Positions 1-12,654 of a DNA stretch of 64,000 bases are shown here, in pieces. The notes under the pieces were generated by a model. The model was given only the letters and a program-made list of their open reading frames with translations, was not told the DNA's origin and did not search any database. The position numbers and the translations under genes are program-made. Source of the DNA: Octopus sinensis. Its lineage: Eukaryota. Each line of letters opens with the position of its first letter. Position 1 is the first letter of the stretch. Location of the stretch: the NCBI RefSeq assembly GCF_006345805.1, contig NC_043002.1, positions 26,164,001 to 26,228,000 of the forward strand, written 5' to 3'.

Positions 1-1779
1 TAGTATTTGTATTCCTTCATATTCAAAGGATAAAGCAAACAGACTCTAGCCCAAGTTGAGAATGAATTAAAACCATAATGACGTTAACCTTATAACCGTA
101 TAGCCAACTTTTGAACTTAGATATAATAGATTTGCCTTCCTATTTCTATTTGATGTCAGTGTTTAACCTTCAACCTTTACATCTTAAGCGTAATCGGTTT
201 GGCTTACTTATATATCAACTCAATGGATATTCGCCAGTAAAGAATTTGAAAAAGAAGAAAAGAAAAAAAATGAACTTTATTACAACATTATAACAAAATT
301 ATCCATTTCCGTTTTCTTTCAAGTCATTCACTCTTTTCTATGTCTAAGATTATTCTTGATTTATCTGTTATTTAGTAAGTTTGAGTTGTATTATATAGGT
401 TTTTATTTGGAATCAACTTAAGTTTGAATGATTCTGATGAATTAGCATTTTCTTATGAACCACAATGCGAAAATGTAATAGTCCGGCCAGTATAGAGTAC
501 AACTGAATAACGACGTAGGGAAATAAATTGGTTTGTGCTGTTTAACCCTAGGTCAGACGTGTTTGACTAGACTATGATCAAAAGCTTTCTAGCCATGAAA
601 ACTTGGTTTTATTTTTACGACTAGCGTAGCTACGTTGTGTAATGTGTCCTAATTTTCAAAGAAGGTACTCTGTGATTTATCAGTCCCTGATAGGTAGAGT
701 CATTGCAACTTTGGATTGCAATGTAGTATTCGTTCCAACTGTTTGCACTCTGAGTTCAAAGGGCGCCAAGATCAACTTTACCCGTCAACCTTTCCGTGAC
801 CATAAAAAATGCAGAAGGCCAATACTTTTGGAATTGATTCCAGCTGTTACTCTACTCCTCCTCCTCTCCCTCCTTTTTATTCATCTTTCTTTCTCCGTCA
901 CATTCTCTGGAAGCAATCGTCTGTATTCAGGCCTGAAGCTAAATGAACAGACATTGCTGGGGCAAAGTACCCCAAACATACTGTATGCGTCAACGACGTC
1001 CCTATGCCGACCACTGGGAGTCAAGAGATCCACCGAGGTGTGATTGTGAGATGCATTTAGTTGCTTCTTCTTTCAGTTTGCATGGCCATGCAATATCGAG
1101 TGATATAGATTTTATTGTTTCAGTTGAATAAGAAAAAAGACTCTGGCCATGACTACCTTTGTAGACCTCTTTCTGATACATATGACACTTTCACAAATCG
1201 ATGTTTAGCAAAGAAGAAAAAAGAGAAAAAAGAACGCGTATGGAAACGATATTCACGACGCTTAACACTCTGGAAAAGTCGGTAGGGGCCTGAGATGGAC
1301 AATAAAAAACAGGGAAAAGAGACGAAGAGGCGTGGCTGAAGGGATTGGGTGGTCATGTCATATTACTGTTTTGCTATGAGGGACAGCAAATCCAGAAGTT
1401 TTACTATACAATTTCCACTAAATACAATATGTTGTCAATAAGCGAAGGAAGAACTGGGAGTATGGTAGCCTTTTATGGATTTTAATTTACATTTTGATTC
1501 GAAAATTCGAAAAAATTATTCTGATCAAAGTGGGAAAGTGAATATTGAGAATAATAATGGAGGTATAAACCATATCGAACTGAATACGAAAACTCAAATG
1601 GAAAGAAACGATGAAAATATAACCGTCCCGGAAAGAGAAACAACCCCGTTTAATCAAGTAAAAACCGAGTAAAAATTCCGCTAGAAAGGGAAGTAATATA
1701 ACGTTACAATATGAAAGTGTAAATGATAATAAAGAATTTGGGGAAAACGAATATACAACATAAACTCTGCAATTATTTA

Positions 1780-2130
1780 AAACAAAACTTGTGTTCTGTC
1801 AATAATAAATGCAAAACAAAAACTGTAGTATATAGATGTAAAGTTACATAAGAGCGAACTGAATACTTTTACACAGATGCAACTTCACTTATTTTCAAAA
1901 AAAGAAAGAAGAAAACGGCTAATCGTTTAAATTCGTTTAGAGATAGAAATAAAAAATCCAAATAAGTCTAAGTAAATTAATCTGGCCTGTTAAAGATAGA
2001 AATAATGTCTATACTATCAAATGGGAATTAATTAGTACCGCTAAATCTTGTAGACCAGAGATAAAAGCATGTGGCCTATGCATAGACCTTCATTTAAAAT
2101 TTTAATATCAGAGTATAATATAATAAATTC
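1780..2130 (+). pseudogene. Degenerate GIY-YIG endonuclease of a Penelope-like element (same subtype as 59503-60093)
   Basis: Manual translation gives NNKCKTKTVVYRCKVT* (from 1801) and LSKLIWPVKDRNNVYTIKWELISTAKSCRPEIKACGLCID, matching the C..VVY....IW.LK...I.W.I....C.LC pattern of the ORF at 59503. Stops and frameshifts are present. Confidence 0.7.
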
Positions 2131-2460
2131 TAGACGACACAATTTTTAAGATGTTTTCTTATGAAAAAATGGACCTTTAAAAAATATAACTAAGTTATAA
2201 GTAATCAAATGAAATATAACTAAGTTATATTACATCAAACGAAATCAAATGAAATATTTTGAAATAACTGACTTTATGAAAGAAACAAGTGATTATCCAA
2301 TCAATACTTGGAATTCAAAATAAGATTCGGTCAGAATAAACGTTGAACACCACTTCATTGAACGCAATACTGAAATTAAAATTAGACTCTAACCAGTTCA
2401 ATCGGAAAGATTACCACAATAAATACCCTAAAGAAATTACATTGGTATGATAACAAAGTT

Positions 2461-3565
2461 GGGATCTATTCCATCTCAATCACAGATATTTTAAATAATA
2501 TTTCTTTAACTAAACAGTTTGAAATTCCGAATACTAGTAGAATTTTTTACGTTGAACACGGTTTACTCTGAACCTTTTTGACAAAATTTCGTATTTTGGA
2601 AGTTATTTCTTGTTAAAGTTAGGTAATTTCAACCAATCAACGACATGTATTCGGTTGAAGAAAGCTAATACTGTTTGCGATAGTAATCGAAGAGGAACAA
2701 CTTCCGGATCATCTCTACTAAATGTCACCGCTCTGTTCTATTCGTCACCTTTATCCTTCCTTCCTTTCTACTCAGCACCGTCCATTCCTTCCTCGTTTCC
2801 TCCATCTATTTATCACATTTATCCTTCAATACTTTCTAGTCAGCACCGTGCATTTATTACTCTTTCCCTCCCTTATACACTATCAACTAGCAACCGGCGA
2901 GCGAACTTATCACTGCCACTACAATTACCGTACTTTCCGGTGTATAAGCCGCTCTTTGTTTTGACTTGCCTTCATGTTTCGATAATGATATTTTTAATCT
3001 AATACAAATTTTTATATTTATTTCTTTATTGACCCTGAAAGGATGAAAGGCAAACTCGACCACGTCAGAATTTGAACTCAGAACGTAACGGTAGACGAAA
3101 TACCGCTAAGCATTTCGCCCGTTGTGCTAATGTTTCTGCAAGTTCGCCGCCTTAAATAAAGACTTTCATATTGCCGAAATATCTTTGTTGTTGAGTATAG
3201 TTAAGATAAAATCATGAAAAAAAATACATCTCATAGTCGAAAAATAAGGCATTTTGAAACTACATATACGTCAACAACAAAGACGCTAGCTGCGGACTCG
3301 TTGCTCTATGGTGTTGATTCTTCGAATAGAGTGGTGATATTTATTAGAGATGACCCGGATGTTGTTCAACCGAATACACGTCGTTGAAATTATCCATACA
3401 CGAGAACTTTAACACGAAATATCTTCTAAAATAGGGAATTTTGTCAAAAACGTTCAGAGTAAACCGTGTTCTACGAGAGAGAAATTCTACCAGTATTCAA
3501 AGTTTCAAACAGTTTAGTTCAAAAAAATTAGTTAAAATAACTGTGACTGAGATGGAATAGATCCC
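2461..3565. repeat. Diverged inverted repeat pair (arms 2461-2738 and 3324-3565)
   Basis: gggatctattccatctcaatcacag (2461) vs ctgtgactgagatggaatagatccc (ends 3565); tcaacgacatgtattcggttgaa vs ttcaaccgaatacacgtcgttga; gaacaacttccggatcatctc vs gagatgacccggatgttgttc. Confidence 0.85.
3030..3154 (-). mobile_element. tRNA-derived SINE, family A (partial)
   Basis: gaaaggatgaaaggcaaa...gaatttgaactcagaacgtaacgg...gccgcctt recurs many times in the window. The minus strand carries Pol III-like A-box (ggcgaacttgcagaaacattagc) and B-box (gagttcaaattc) motifs. Confidence 0.85.
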
Positions 3566-5949
3566 AGAGTTGCAATTGCAACAGATACTAACCGATGTAT
3601 TAGAAACCTGTGTAAGTCAATATTGAGCTGTATTTAAATCAAAATGTAAATTAAAATCCTTGAACTGTTACTTCACCGTGTTATATATATTAACAACTCC
3701 AGGAAATCTATATAGTTGTAGGTTATCTAGTTGGAATAATCCAACGGAATATATCTCTGAATTATTATCGAATAAGTATTATAATAGAATTTATATACCA
3801 ACCGTTGAGGTTGACACATCTTTGAAAACTTGACTGCGAGTAAAACGGTAAAAGTCTGGAGAAATCCCTTATAACTTGCGTATATATATATATTAGAAGG
3901 TTTGGAGATGATGTACAGGTATTATATATTAGAAGAAATGAGGTACTCAGAAATCTGGATGGTTTTATATTTACAGATATTTATTAGTTTGTTACATGTC
4001 TCTGTAAATTATATATCATATATTAGCGCTTTCGTCCCCTCTAGTGCAGTTGTCAAATTGAAGTTTTGCAGGACTTTTGTCTTTTTTTATAGTATTATTG
4101 AGTATGTAGGGGTGGAGAGATATATAAGATAATACAAGAGGGTGAGGAATGGCGAGAAAATGAGAGAGAGCGCGTGTGTGTGTGTGTGTGTGTATGTATG
4201 TGTTTGTTTATCTGACAGAGATGTTAAAGAAAAAGAGAAGGAAAGGAAGAAGGAGAGAAAGAAAGAAGAAAAAAAAATTGTTGATATCTTTGCGGCTGGT
4301 CAGTCTTTCAAAAGTAAATGACTCTTGACTTGTAGAAATGGCAAACCCAGCTGGTCACTCCAAGGGGGGCAAGATGTCATTTTTCAAAAAACATGTCTGG
4401 ATTTCTTTTTATCATTTTTTTCGTATATATTGCTTAGTATGGTTATATAGTACCTTAGACTGCATTATACAAAAAATATCTTTTTAAAGATATTCAAATG
4501 TAATTTGAGGAAGACTTGGCTGTTATTTCTGGTAGAACAAGCGACTACATAGTAGCTCAGTCATTGTTGTTTTTTCAGTCGATGTATTTTGACATTTACA
4601 TAAACATGATGTTAGTTTTTACAAAAGTATCCTCTTTATTTAACTAATATGCTATAATTCACGCAAGCTATAAAACTACTTTCCAATAACAAGTTTATAT
4701 CAATACAATATACATATGTTTGTTATCTTCCTAGTCGATACAGCGCTTAGATCCTCCAGATGTTTATGTCAACAATACGATTCTTAATAAAGAAGAGCAG
4801 ACAAAATGGAATTTCCGATATAAGTCATAATTTAAAGTGAAACTATTCCAATTTTTTTATTTATACTATTCGTAAATAGTATACATACGATATTTTGCGG
4901 ATGGAGTAAACCGTTTATTCCCACACATGTACACACACATACTCATAAATAACCATACTTATATGTGTAAAAATGTGTTGTGTGTATGTATAATGTGTTC
5001 TTGTTTGTGTATATGTTTGTGTAAATTTGTCAAGGAAATAACAACGCGTTATGTAGGTGAAAAAAAGTATAGTTACTAGGATAGTGCCCAGGCAGTTGAA
5101 ACAGAAATGTGTTTTATGTTTCGAGCTAAAACTCTTGGAAAAGACAGAAAGAAAAAAATAGAACACTGGAGAGAATGAAGAATAAAAATAAGATTTTTTT
5201 TTAAATTACAAAAAGAAAAGAAAACAAAAACAAAAGAAATCACAGCAAAAGTTATTGTTAACCTCAAGCCATGATGGAAATGAACGGAGTTTGGGTGGAA
5301 CAGGGGAAGGTTCTATGCTGATATAAGACACAGGTGAGGTCACTGTACGCATGATTATATGTGTTAGCGTGCATACGTGTATGTGTATGTATACATTACG
5401 TAGACTTGTGTGTGCATACTGGTAGCTTTCTTCCGGGATGTATGCGTGTCTGTTTTAGCTTTAAGGCATGCGGTTTTGAGTGCAGGCTTGTATGTGACTG
5501 TTTGTTAAAGAAGTAATTATATATTTTATAGTTGTTGATGCTGTTTGTTTGATGCTTCGACCTAGTACATATGATTGTATTCGTGTGTCCATATTGTTTA
5601 TGCATACTATATTTGCAAGTGTGTGCATGTACAGGTAGTTTCTTTGTGTCTGTCTTCATGAATATGTATATATGTAATATAGAAAGTGCGTTTGTCTCGT
5701 TCTGTGTTTGTGACATGATTGTATTTGTTGGTGAAAAATTCTTTAGAGTTTGCGTGTTTATTGTATATACTTGTTAGTGCATATGCGTATGCTGCTGTTT
5801 TCTTTAGAGTTATTACAGGAGTTCCGGGTTAGGGAGTGGTACGGTGGTCGAGGAAATGTTTTCATATCAGGGACGCTATCCTATAAAGAATGAAGATGTA
5901 AAGAGACATGCTATCTAAGGTGAATGAAAAACCGGAAAATGCCATGGAA

Positions 5950-7070
5950 GTACAAGGAGATGAAGAGGTGGAAGGTATGGAATCATAGATGTAGGAGGTG
6001 CGGCACTAGGAATGAGGGAATGAAGTCGAAGTATGAAGACATCTGCTCTGTCAAATAATTGCCGTCTGAGAGGATGGGGCGGACACTGACTTTATGTTTG
6101 TGAATTCTGAAGAGGAAATATATGGTGCAGATTCAATGATTGTGGGTAATTTGGTGGGTGACGATTAGGAAATGATGGAAGAGGATATAATTTAGCAGAT
6201 GGTGGACAGTACAAGTTTTTGATTGCCGGGTATTGGTAAATTGGTAGTGAGTGCACTGGAAGTGAGATGAGATGTAGAAGTGGTGGTATTTCCTGGTGGT
6301 GGTGTGAAAAAAAAAAAAGATTAGCAGTGACGGTTGTGGAATGTGTTGCATGGGAGAGAAACATGGGTGAAAAGTGGGTACATGTCTGAAGGTGGTGGGA
6401 TGGATTTGGCTATCAGAATTTTGAAGGGTAGGATGGCGGGAAGAATAGGATATGTACATGTGAGAATCAACAGCATGGGAGAGGAGAGGAAGGTGTGGAG
6501 GTGAAGTGGTTATAGACTTGGGAAGATGGCAGTTGAAGGTTCACATTTGACTAAAAGAGGGGTGGTGGAATAAGGAGAAATAGAGGAAACGGCTGAGGAA
6601 ATTTGTGTACGTGAAATGGGGGATTATTTGTAAAAAAGAGATTTGGGAAGGTGTGTAAAGACAACTGGACCCAACTAGGGGGGGGGGGGCGTTATTTAAG
6701 GCGGATGTGTGCGTCAGAAAGGAAAATTTATGATAACCATGATGGTGGTGTAAGAAGTGAATGAATGCATACAAAAGAGAAAGCAGACAGGTTCGTGATA
6801 AATTGGTAAGACGAAAATGAAGAATAAATTGTTCATTGTAATCCGATGGTATTCTGTGAAACTTCTAAAAAGTTAGAATCTAATGTCGAAAATCGAAGAA
6901 TGTAATGCAGGAAATCCGAGAGCAAGGATAGAATTCCATGGTGTGTGAAATAGAATGGAAACTATGCAGCAATGTGATTAGGTGAATGTGTGAATCAACA
7001 AGCATTACTGCCAATAAGGAAGCAATGGCAAAAACGTTGAAACCTTAATATAGTAATTAGGTTGACGACC
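5950..7070 (-). pseudogene. Possible highly decayed Penelope-like RT/endonuclease relic
   Basis: Non-microsatellite purine-rich block. The minus strand gives only faint motifs (FITNL, SFL, KNLYC..AKLY). Weak. Confidence 0.3.
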
Positions 7071-7555
7071 ATAAAATAGTAATCGAAGATACACTAATAC
7101 ATATCCTACATACACACACATACACACATATATAATGCATATATATTTATATATTTGGAATTTAACCTTTGACGTCTGGCTTTCCTTACTTTACAAATTT
7201 CGTTGCGGCAGATTTTCAACAGCTAGACGTTCGTTCTATCACTAACTTTCAAATGTTTTCAAGCAATAGAATGCTTTCAATAGCCTGTATGACAATGGGG
7301 TTTACTTCCATTAAGCGTGTAATAACTAGACAAGACACAAACGCATACAGACATACAAACATGCTCACACATTTACAAAAGTATGTATATGCATGCTTGT
7401 ATGTATGTTTCATGTGTCCATGAGCTAAATTCACTCAAAAGGCCTTAATCGGACTGGGATTGTTGTCGATAACATTTGCCGAAGATGCCGTACAGTGAAA
7501 TTGAACTTGGAAGTCGGTGTTTTTGAAGTGAACTTCTTGTCTACACAGCCATGCC

Positions 7556-8441
7556 TAAGGGCACCCAAAAGAAACCGGAATTTTGCACTATTATTTAATT
7601 CACTTAGTTTTACAAGTTTAACCTTTACCGTCTTCAAATTATTCTCCATTTGAAGCAATGCATCGGTCCAGGCATGTTTTCCACTTTTCGAAGCGGTGCT
7701 GGAACTCTTGTGAAATGATGCCATTCAACACCTCCGTCCTTTTTTGTTCTTCACCTCTACAACATCTGCAAATTCCATAGCACCAGCTTTAATCAGAAAT
7801 GAAAGCATTCGAAAAAAAGGTCGAGATCAACTTCCAACTTCTCTCAGTTCCCGACACGCATTCCGTCGTGACTGCTTTTGATCTTCCATGAATAAGTGAG
7901 GCACACATTTTGCTACAACTCTTTTCATCCGCAATTCCTTGCTCAAAATTCATTGGCAGGAGCTCCAGGACACACTAATCGGTCATATCAACAAGTTCGT
8001 CAGTTGTCCAGTGGCGGCCCTCCAAGATTAGTTTATGAAGTTTTGTGATGTTTTCATTCGATCGGGATGTCGATTGTTGTTCTGAACGAGGTCGGTCTTC
8101 AACTGACATGTGACCATTCCGAAAGCATGAAGACCACAGGTAAACATGTGTTGTGCTTATAGCAGTGTCCTTGTGAGCTGTTTCAAGCGTGACAACTGTT
8201 TCAGTTTTCATTTCCCCCAGTAGAAAACAGAATTTCACAGAAACACACTGTTCCTTCGTTCCAGCCATCGCAAATTTGACGAACAGGGGAGAAGCACTGC
8301 AAAACAAAGACGCATCATGTGGCAATACGACGCTAATCGACGACAACAGTTGGCAGGCCGATGCCTAAGGACAGCATCAAGTGGTTTCTACAAGTCCGAA
8401 CTACAAGAGAACATTTCCGGTTCCTTTTGGGTACTCCGTCG
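7556..8441 (-). mobile_element. Internally deleted mariner-type DNA transposon with both TIRs
   Basis: TIRs gcacccaaaagaaaccggaattt (7561) and atttccggttccttttgggtac (~8412-8433). The minus strand encodes EDRPRS..., WTTDELVDMT and a C-terminal FQHRFEKWKTCLDRCIASNGE*FE, typical of mariner transposases. Confidence 0.8.
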
Positions 8442-8453
8442 TGTGTATATATA

Positions 8454-8737
8454 TATATTGTATAGAGGGCATTATTACACATAAATGCCTCACACTAAGA
8501 GGGACAAAGTCATTACTACCAAAATTATACTAATCATACCTAAATGCAGTTTTTCAAAGCAAGACATTTAAAAAATGAATTTACCGGAAATCACGGTGAT
8601 ACAGAACTAAATTCATTTTTTAAATGTCTTGCTTTGAAAAACTGCATTTAGGTATGATTAGTATAATTTTGGTAGTAATGACTTTGTCCCTCTTAGTGTG
8701 AGGCATTTATGTGTAATAATGCCCTCTATACAATATA
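8454..8737. mobile_element. Perfect fold-back element/MITE: 130-bp arms, 24-nt loop
   Basis: 8454-8583 is the exact reverse complement of 8608-8737 (checked block by block). The loop is ccggaaatcacggtgatacagaac. It sits in a (TA)n context. Confidence 0.95.
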
Positions 8738-8866
8738 GATATAATTAATTTGTTCAAAAGAAAAAAATTATTTTCGAATTCTTTTCTTTTATGAGGTTTT
8801 CACGCTAACTACCCGATAATTTCTTGTTAAGATCCCTTATTAAGAGATTATCCTTAATTGTTAAAC

Positions 8867-8900
<34 letters not shown>

Positions 8901-9140
8901 CACGGACAGAGTCAAGACTATTGGAAAGGTTGCAAGACGCTGCGAAAATTTTAGGAAATGTAATCAGAATTTTCCTTGGCAGCGCTGAGGGACATTGTAA
9001 ACAGAAATGGCTGTTAGAAGTGATAACGTTTTGTATTAAAAACTAATAATCGATGGTAGCCAATTTTTTTGTTGATCGAGAATTTCCTTCATTTTCTGCT
9101 TAATTTATATATATATATATATTATATATATATATATATG

Positions 9141-9153
9141 TCTATCTACCTAC

Positions 9154-9224
<71 letters not shown>

Positions 9225-9289
9225 CCTATCTACCTATCTATCTACCTATCTACCTATCTATCTACCTACCTACCTACCTACCTACCTAC

Positions 9290-9324
<35 letters not shown>

Positions 9325-9329
9325 CCTAC

Positions 9330-9414
<85 letters not shown>

Positions 9415-9420
9415 CCTGTC
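9141..9420 (+). repeat. (TATC)n/(TACC)n compound microsatellite
   Basis: Directly visible. Confidence 0.95.
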
Positions 9421-10271
9421 TGTCTGTTTGTCTCTACTTGTTTGTATGTACTTATGTATTTAACCGCTTACTAGTTCATTAGACTGTGGTCATATTGGGG
9501 CACCTCCTTGAACGGTTTTAGTCGAGTGAATCGCCTCCAGTCCAGCAAATGGGTTGTTTCACTATTTATATATTGTCATAGACTTGTGGGAGGTAAGAAA
9601 AGGGAAGCTGGGAATGAAAGAGAATAGATGGAGAACTTTATTTAACGACCTCGTGAAGATGAAACACAAGGTGAGCTAGGCGGAATTTGAACTCAGATCT
9701 AAGCGAGCCTGAAACAATATCGATAACCGTTACTTCCTTACTCAAAGGACCGCTAACATACATACATACATACAGACATAAATACATACATACGAATAAA
9801 TTCTTCTCTGCTCTAGGCACAAGGTCCGAAAATTTTGGAGAGGAGGCCAGACGATTAGTTCGACCACAATACGAAACTGGTACTTAATTCATCGACCCCA
9901 AAAGAATGAAAGGCAAAGTCGTCCTTGGCGGAATATGAACTCAGAACATAAAGACAAACGAAATACCGCTAAGCATTTCGCTCGGCGTGCTAACGTTTCT
10001 GCCAACTCGCCGGCTTAATACATATGAATAAATTGATTTTAAAAAATGCACACACACACACATTTATATTTTAAAAATAAACACGACCAAAATGCCCAGT
10101 CATGAATTATTGACGGGTAATATATATTTACACATACGCACATAAATGCATGCATGTGTATTTGTGTCAGTGTATGTATTTGCATATGTACGAGTATATC
10201 TATTCATCTATCTTTTTCTCTCTCTCTATTTGCCTATCTATCTCTATCTATCTATCTATCTATCTACCTAC

Positions 10272-10362
<91 letters not shown>

Positions 10363-11181
10363 CCTGTCTGTCTGTTTGTCTCTACTTGTTTGTATGTACT
10401 TATGTATTTAACCGCTTACTAGTTCATTAGACTGTGGTCATATTGGGGCACCTCCTTGAACGGTTTTAGTCGAGTGAATCGCCTCCAGTCCAGCAAATGG
10501 GTTGTTTCACTATTTATATATTGTCATAGACTTGTGGGAGGTAAGAAAAGGGAAGCTGGGAATGAAAGAGAATAGATGGAGAACTTTATTTAACGACCTC
10601 GTGAAGATGAAACACAAGGTGAGCTAGGCGGAATTTGAACTCAGATCTAAGCGAGCCTGAAACAATATCGATAACCGTTACTTCCTTACTCAAAGGACCG
10701 CTAACATACATACATACATACAGACATAAATACATACATACGAATAAATTCTTCTCTGCTCTAGGCACAAGTTCCGAAAATTTTGGAGAGGAGGCCAGAC
10801 GATTAGTTCGACCACAATACGAAACTGGTACTTAATTCATCGACCCCAAAAGAATGAAAGGCAAAGTCGTCCTTGGCGGAATATGAACTCAGAACATAAA
10901 GACAAACGAAATACCGCTAAGCATTTCGCTCGGCGTGCTAACGTTTCTGCCAACTCGCCGGCTTAATACATATGAATAAATTGATTTTAAAAAATGCACA
11001 CACACACACATTTATATTTTTAAAATAAACACGACCAAAATGCCCAGTCATGAATTATTGACGGGTAATATATATTTACACATACGCACATAAATGCATG
11101 CATGTGTATTTGTGTCAGTGTATGTATTTGCATATGTACGAGTATATCTATTCATCTATCTTTTTCTCTCTCTCTATTTGC

Positions 11182-11188
<7 letters not shown>
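9411..11188 (+). repeat. Near-identical tandem duplication (9411-10240 and 10359-11188, period 948 bp) bounded by (TATC)n; each copy carries SINE fragments
   Basis: Identical ORF pairs at offset 948 (9638/10586, 10146/11094). Only two substitutions seen by eye (9824 g / 10772 t; 10073 a / 11021 t). Confidence 0.95.
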
Positions 11189-11245
<57 letters not shown>

Positions 11246-11416
11246 ATATCTATGTATATATCTATTTATCTATATATTTATATATATATATACACACACA
11301 CATATATATGTACATAAATATATACATGTATATATACATATATAAATACATACATATATATGTATGTATAAATATATGTGTATATGTGTATATCTATCTA
11401 TTTATCTATCTATCTA

Positions 11417-11476
<60 letters not shown>

Positions 11477-11902
11477 TCTATCTGTCTATTTGTCTGTATA
11501 TCTATCTCTCTATCTATATACGTATGTATGTATATATAAAAGAGGAATGAATGTAAAAATACATTACGCAGGTTATATCGTAAACAATTTCAAAATTATT
11601 TACGAATATGTCAGTGGCCAGAACATGTAATCAAAAATTTATCCGTTATAATTGTGATTTATTCACATTTATACACTCTTCTTATATATACACGCTAATA
11701 AAACATCGCGTAATGTAACTGCTTTCGTTGTTGAAACATTTTAAAACAACCACTATACTATTTCAAGACTTCACTTCATACCACCTCATACCATTAACAA
11801 TAGTATGAAGAAACTCGGATATAGAAATAATACGTTTCTAAATCTCTCAGAGAGATTTATGCAGTAGCAGCACGATAAAGTGATAGTATGTTGTCAAATT
11901 AT

Positions 11903-12189
11903 TGTGACAGTCCCATGAAAGGGAAGAACACTACTGTTATTTAGCCCTAGGATACACCGTTTCCTTTTGGACTTGGCACATTTCCTTCCGGAGTAGCATG
12001 CCATGCTACTCCGGACTGATGATTAAGGAGACTCTGAAACAAGTCTGTTGAGGCTGGCTTTGTTGGGTAGAGGTGCTTATCTCCACTTTGTAAACATCAG
12101 GACACAGAAAATATGTCAAGTCCAACAGAAGACGGTGTTTCCTAGGCCTAAATAACAGTAGCATTCTTCCCTTTCATGGGACTGCCACA
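11903..12189. mobile_element. MITE with ~80-bp TIRs and a central palindrome
   Basis: cagtcccatgaaagggaagaacactactgttatttagccctagg... vs ...cctaggcctaaataacagtagcattcttccctttcatgggactg. Internal tccggagtagcatgccatgctactccgga. Confidence 0.9.
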
Positions 12190-12654
12190 TTAAGTTGACA
12201 ACATACTATCATTAGAAACTCAGATGTTTGAAATTGAAATGTATGCAACCAGTAACATTGTAAATCTTGAAATATTAGTCGATAAAATATACAAATACGC
12301 TTTACACGTGAACATTGTCATGTGCTTCCATTTTATATAATGATATTTGAAATTTTTGCTCATGTCTTCTTTGGTTATTGATTCAGTAATCTCTTGATGT
12401 AAATCGATCACACAGCAAACACTATCGACGGAAACACGCATACCTATCGGAATTTCGTTTCAGGCGATAAATCTTCCCATATCATGAGAGAGCAACCTTA
12501 CATTACTCTGAGCTAAAATGTTCTAACATGATCTTAATTTAATATCGTATATTCTGATGTTAATCTTTCTTCCACCAATTCATTCATACATACAAATAAT
12601 CATACATACAACCATACATTCATACAAACAATTATACACACAAATATGCATACA

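Noticed and set aside
642-1043. 133-aa ORF with a hydrophobic stretch
   Set aside because: It starts at GTG, the Leu run comes from a (CTC)n/CT-rich tract, and no domain is recognisable.
12016-12045. CTGATGA...GAAACAAGTC hammerhead-like string
   Set aside because: No stem I partner, no G-C-closed stem II and only a 2-bp stem III; it lies inside a MITE and is probably chance.
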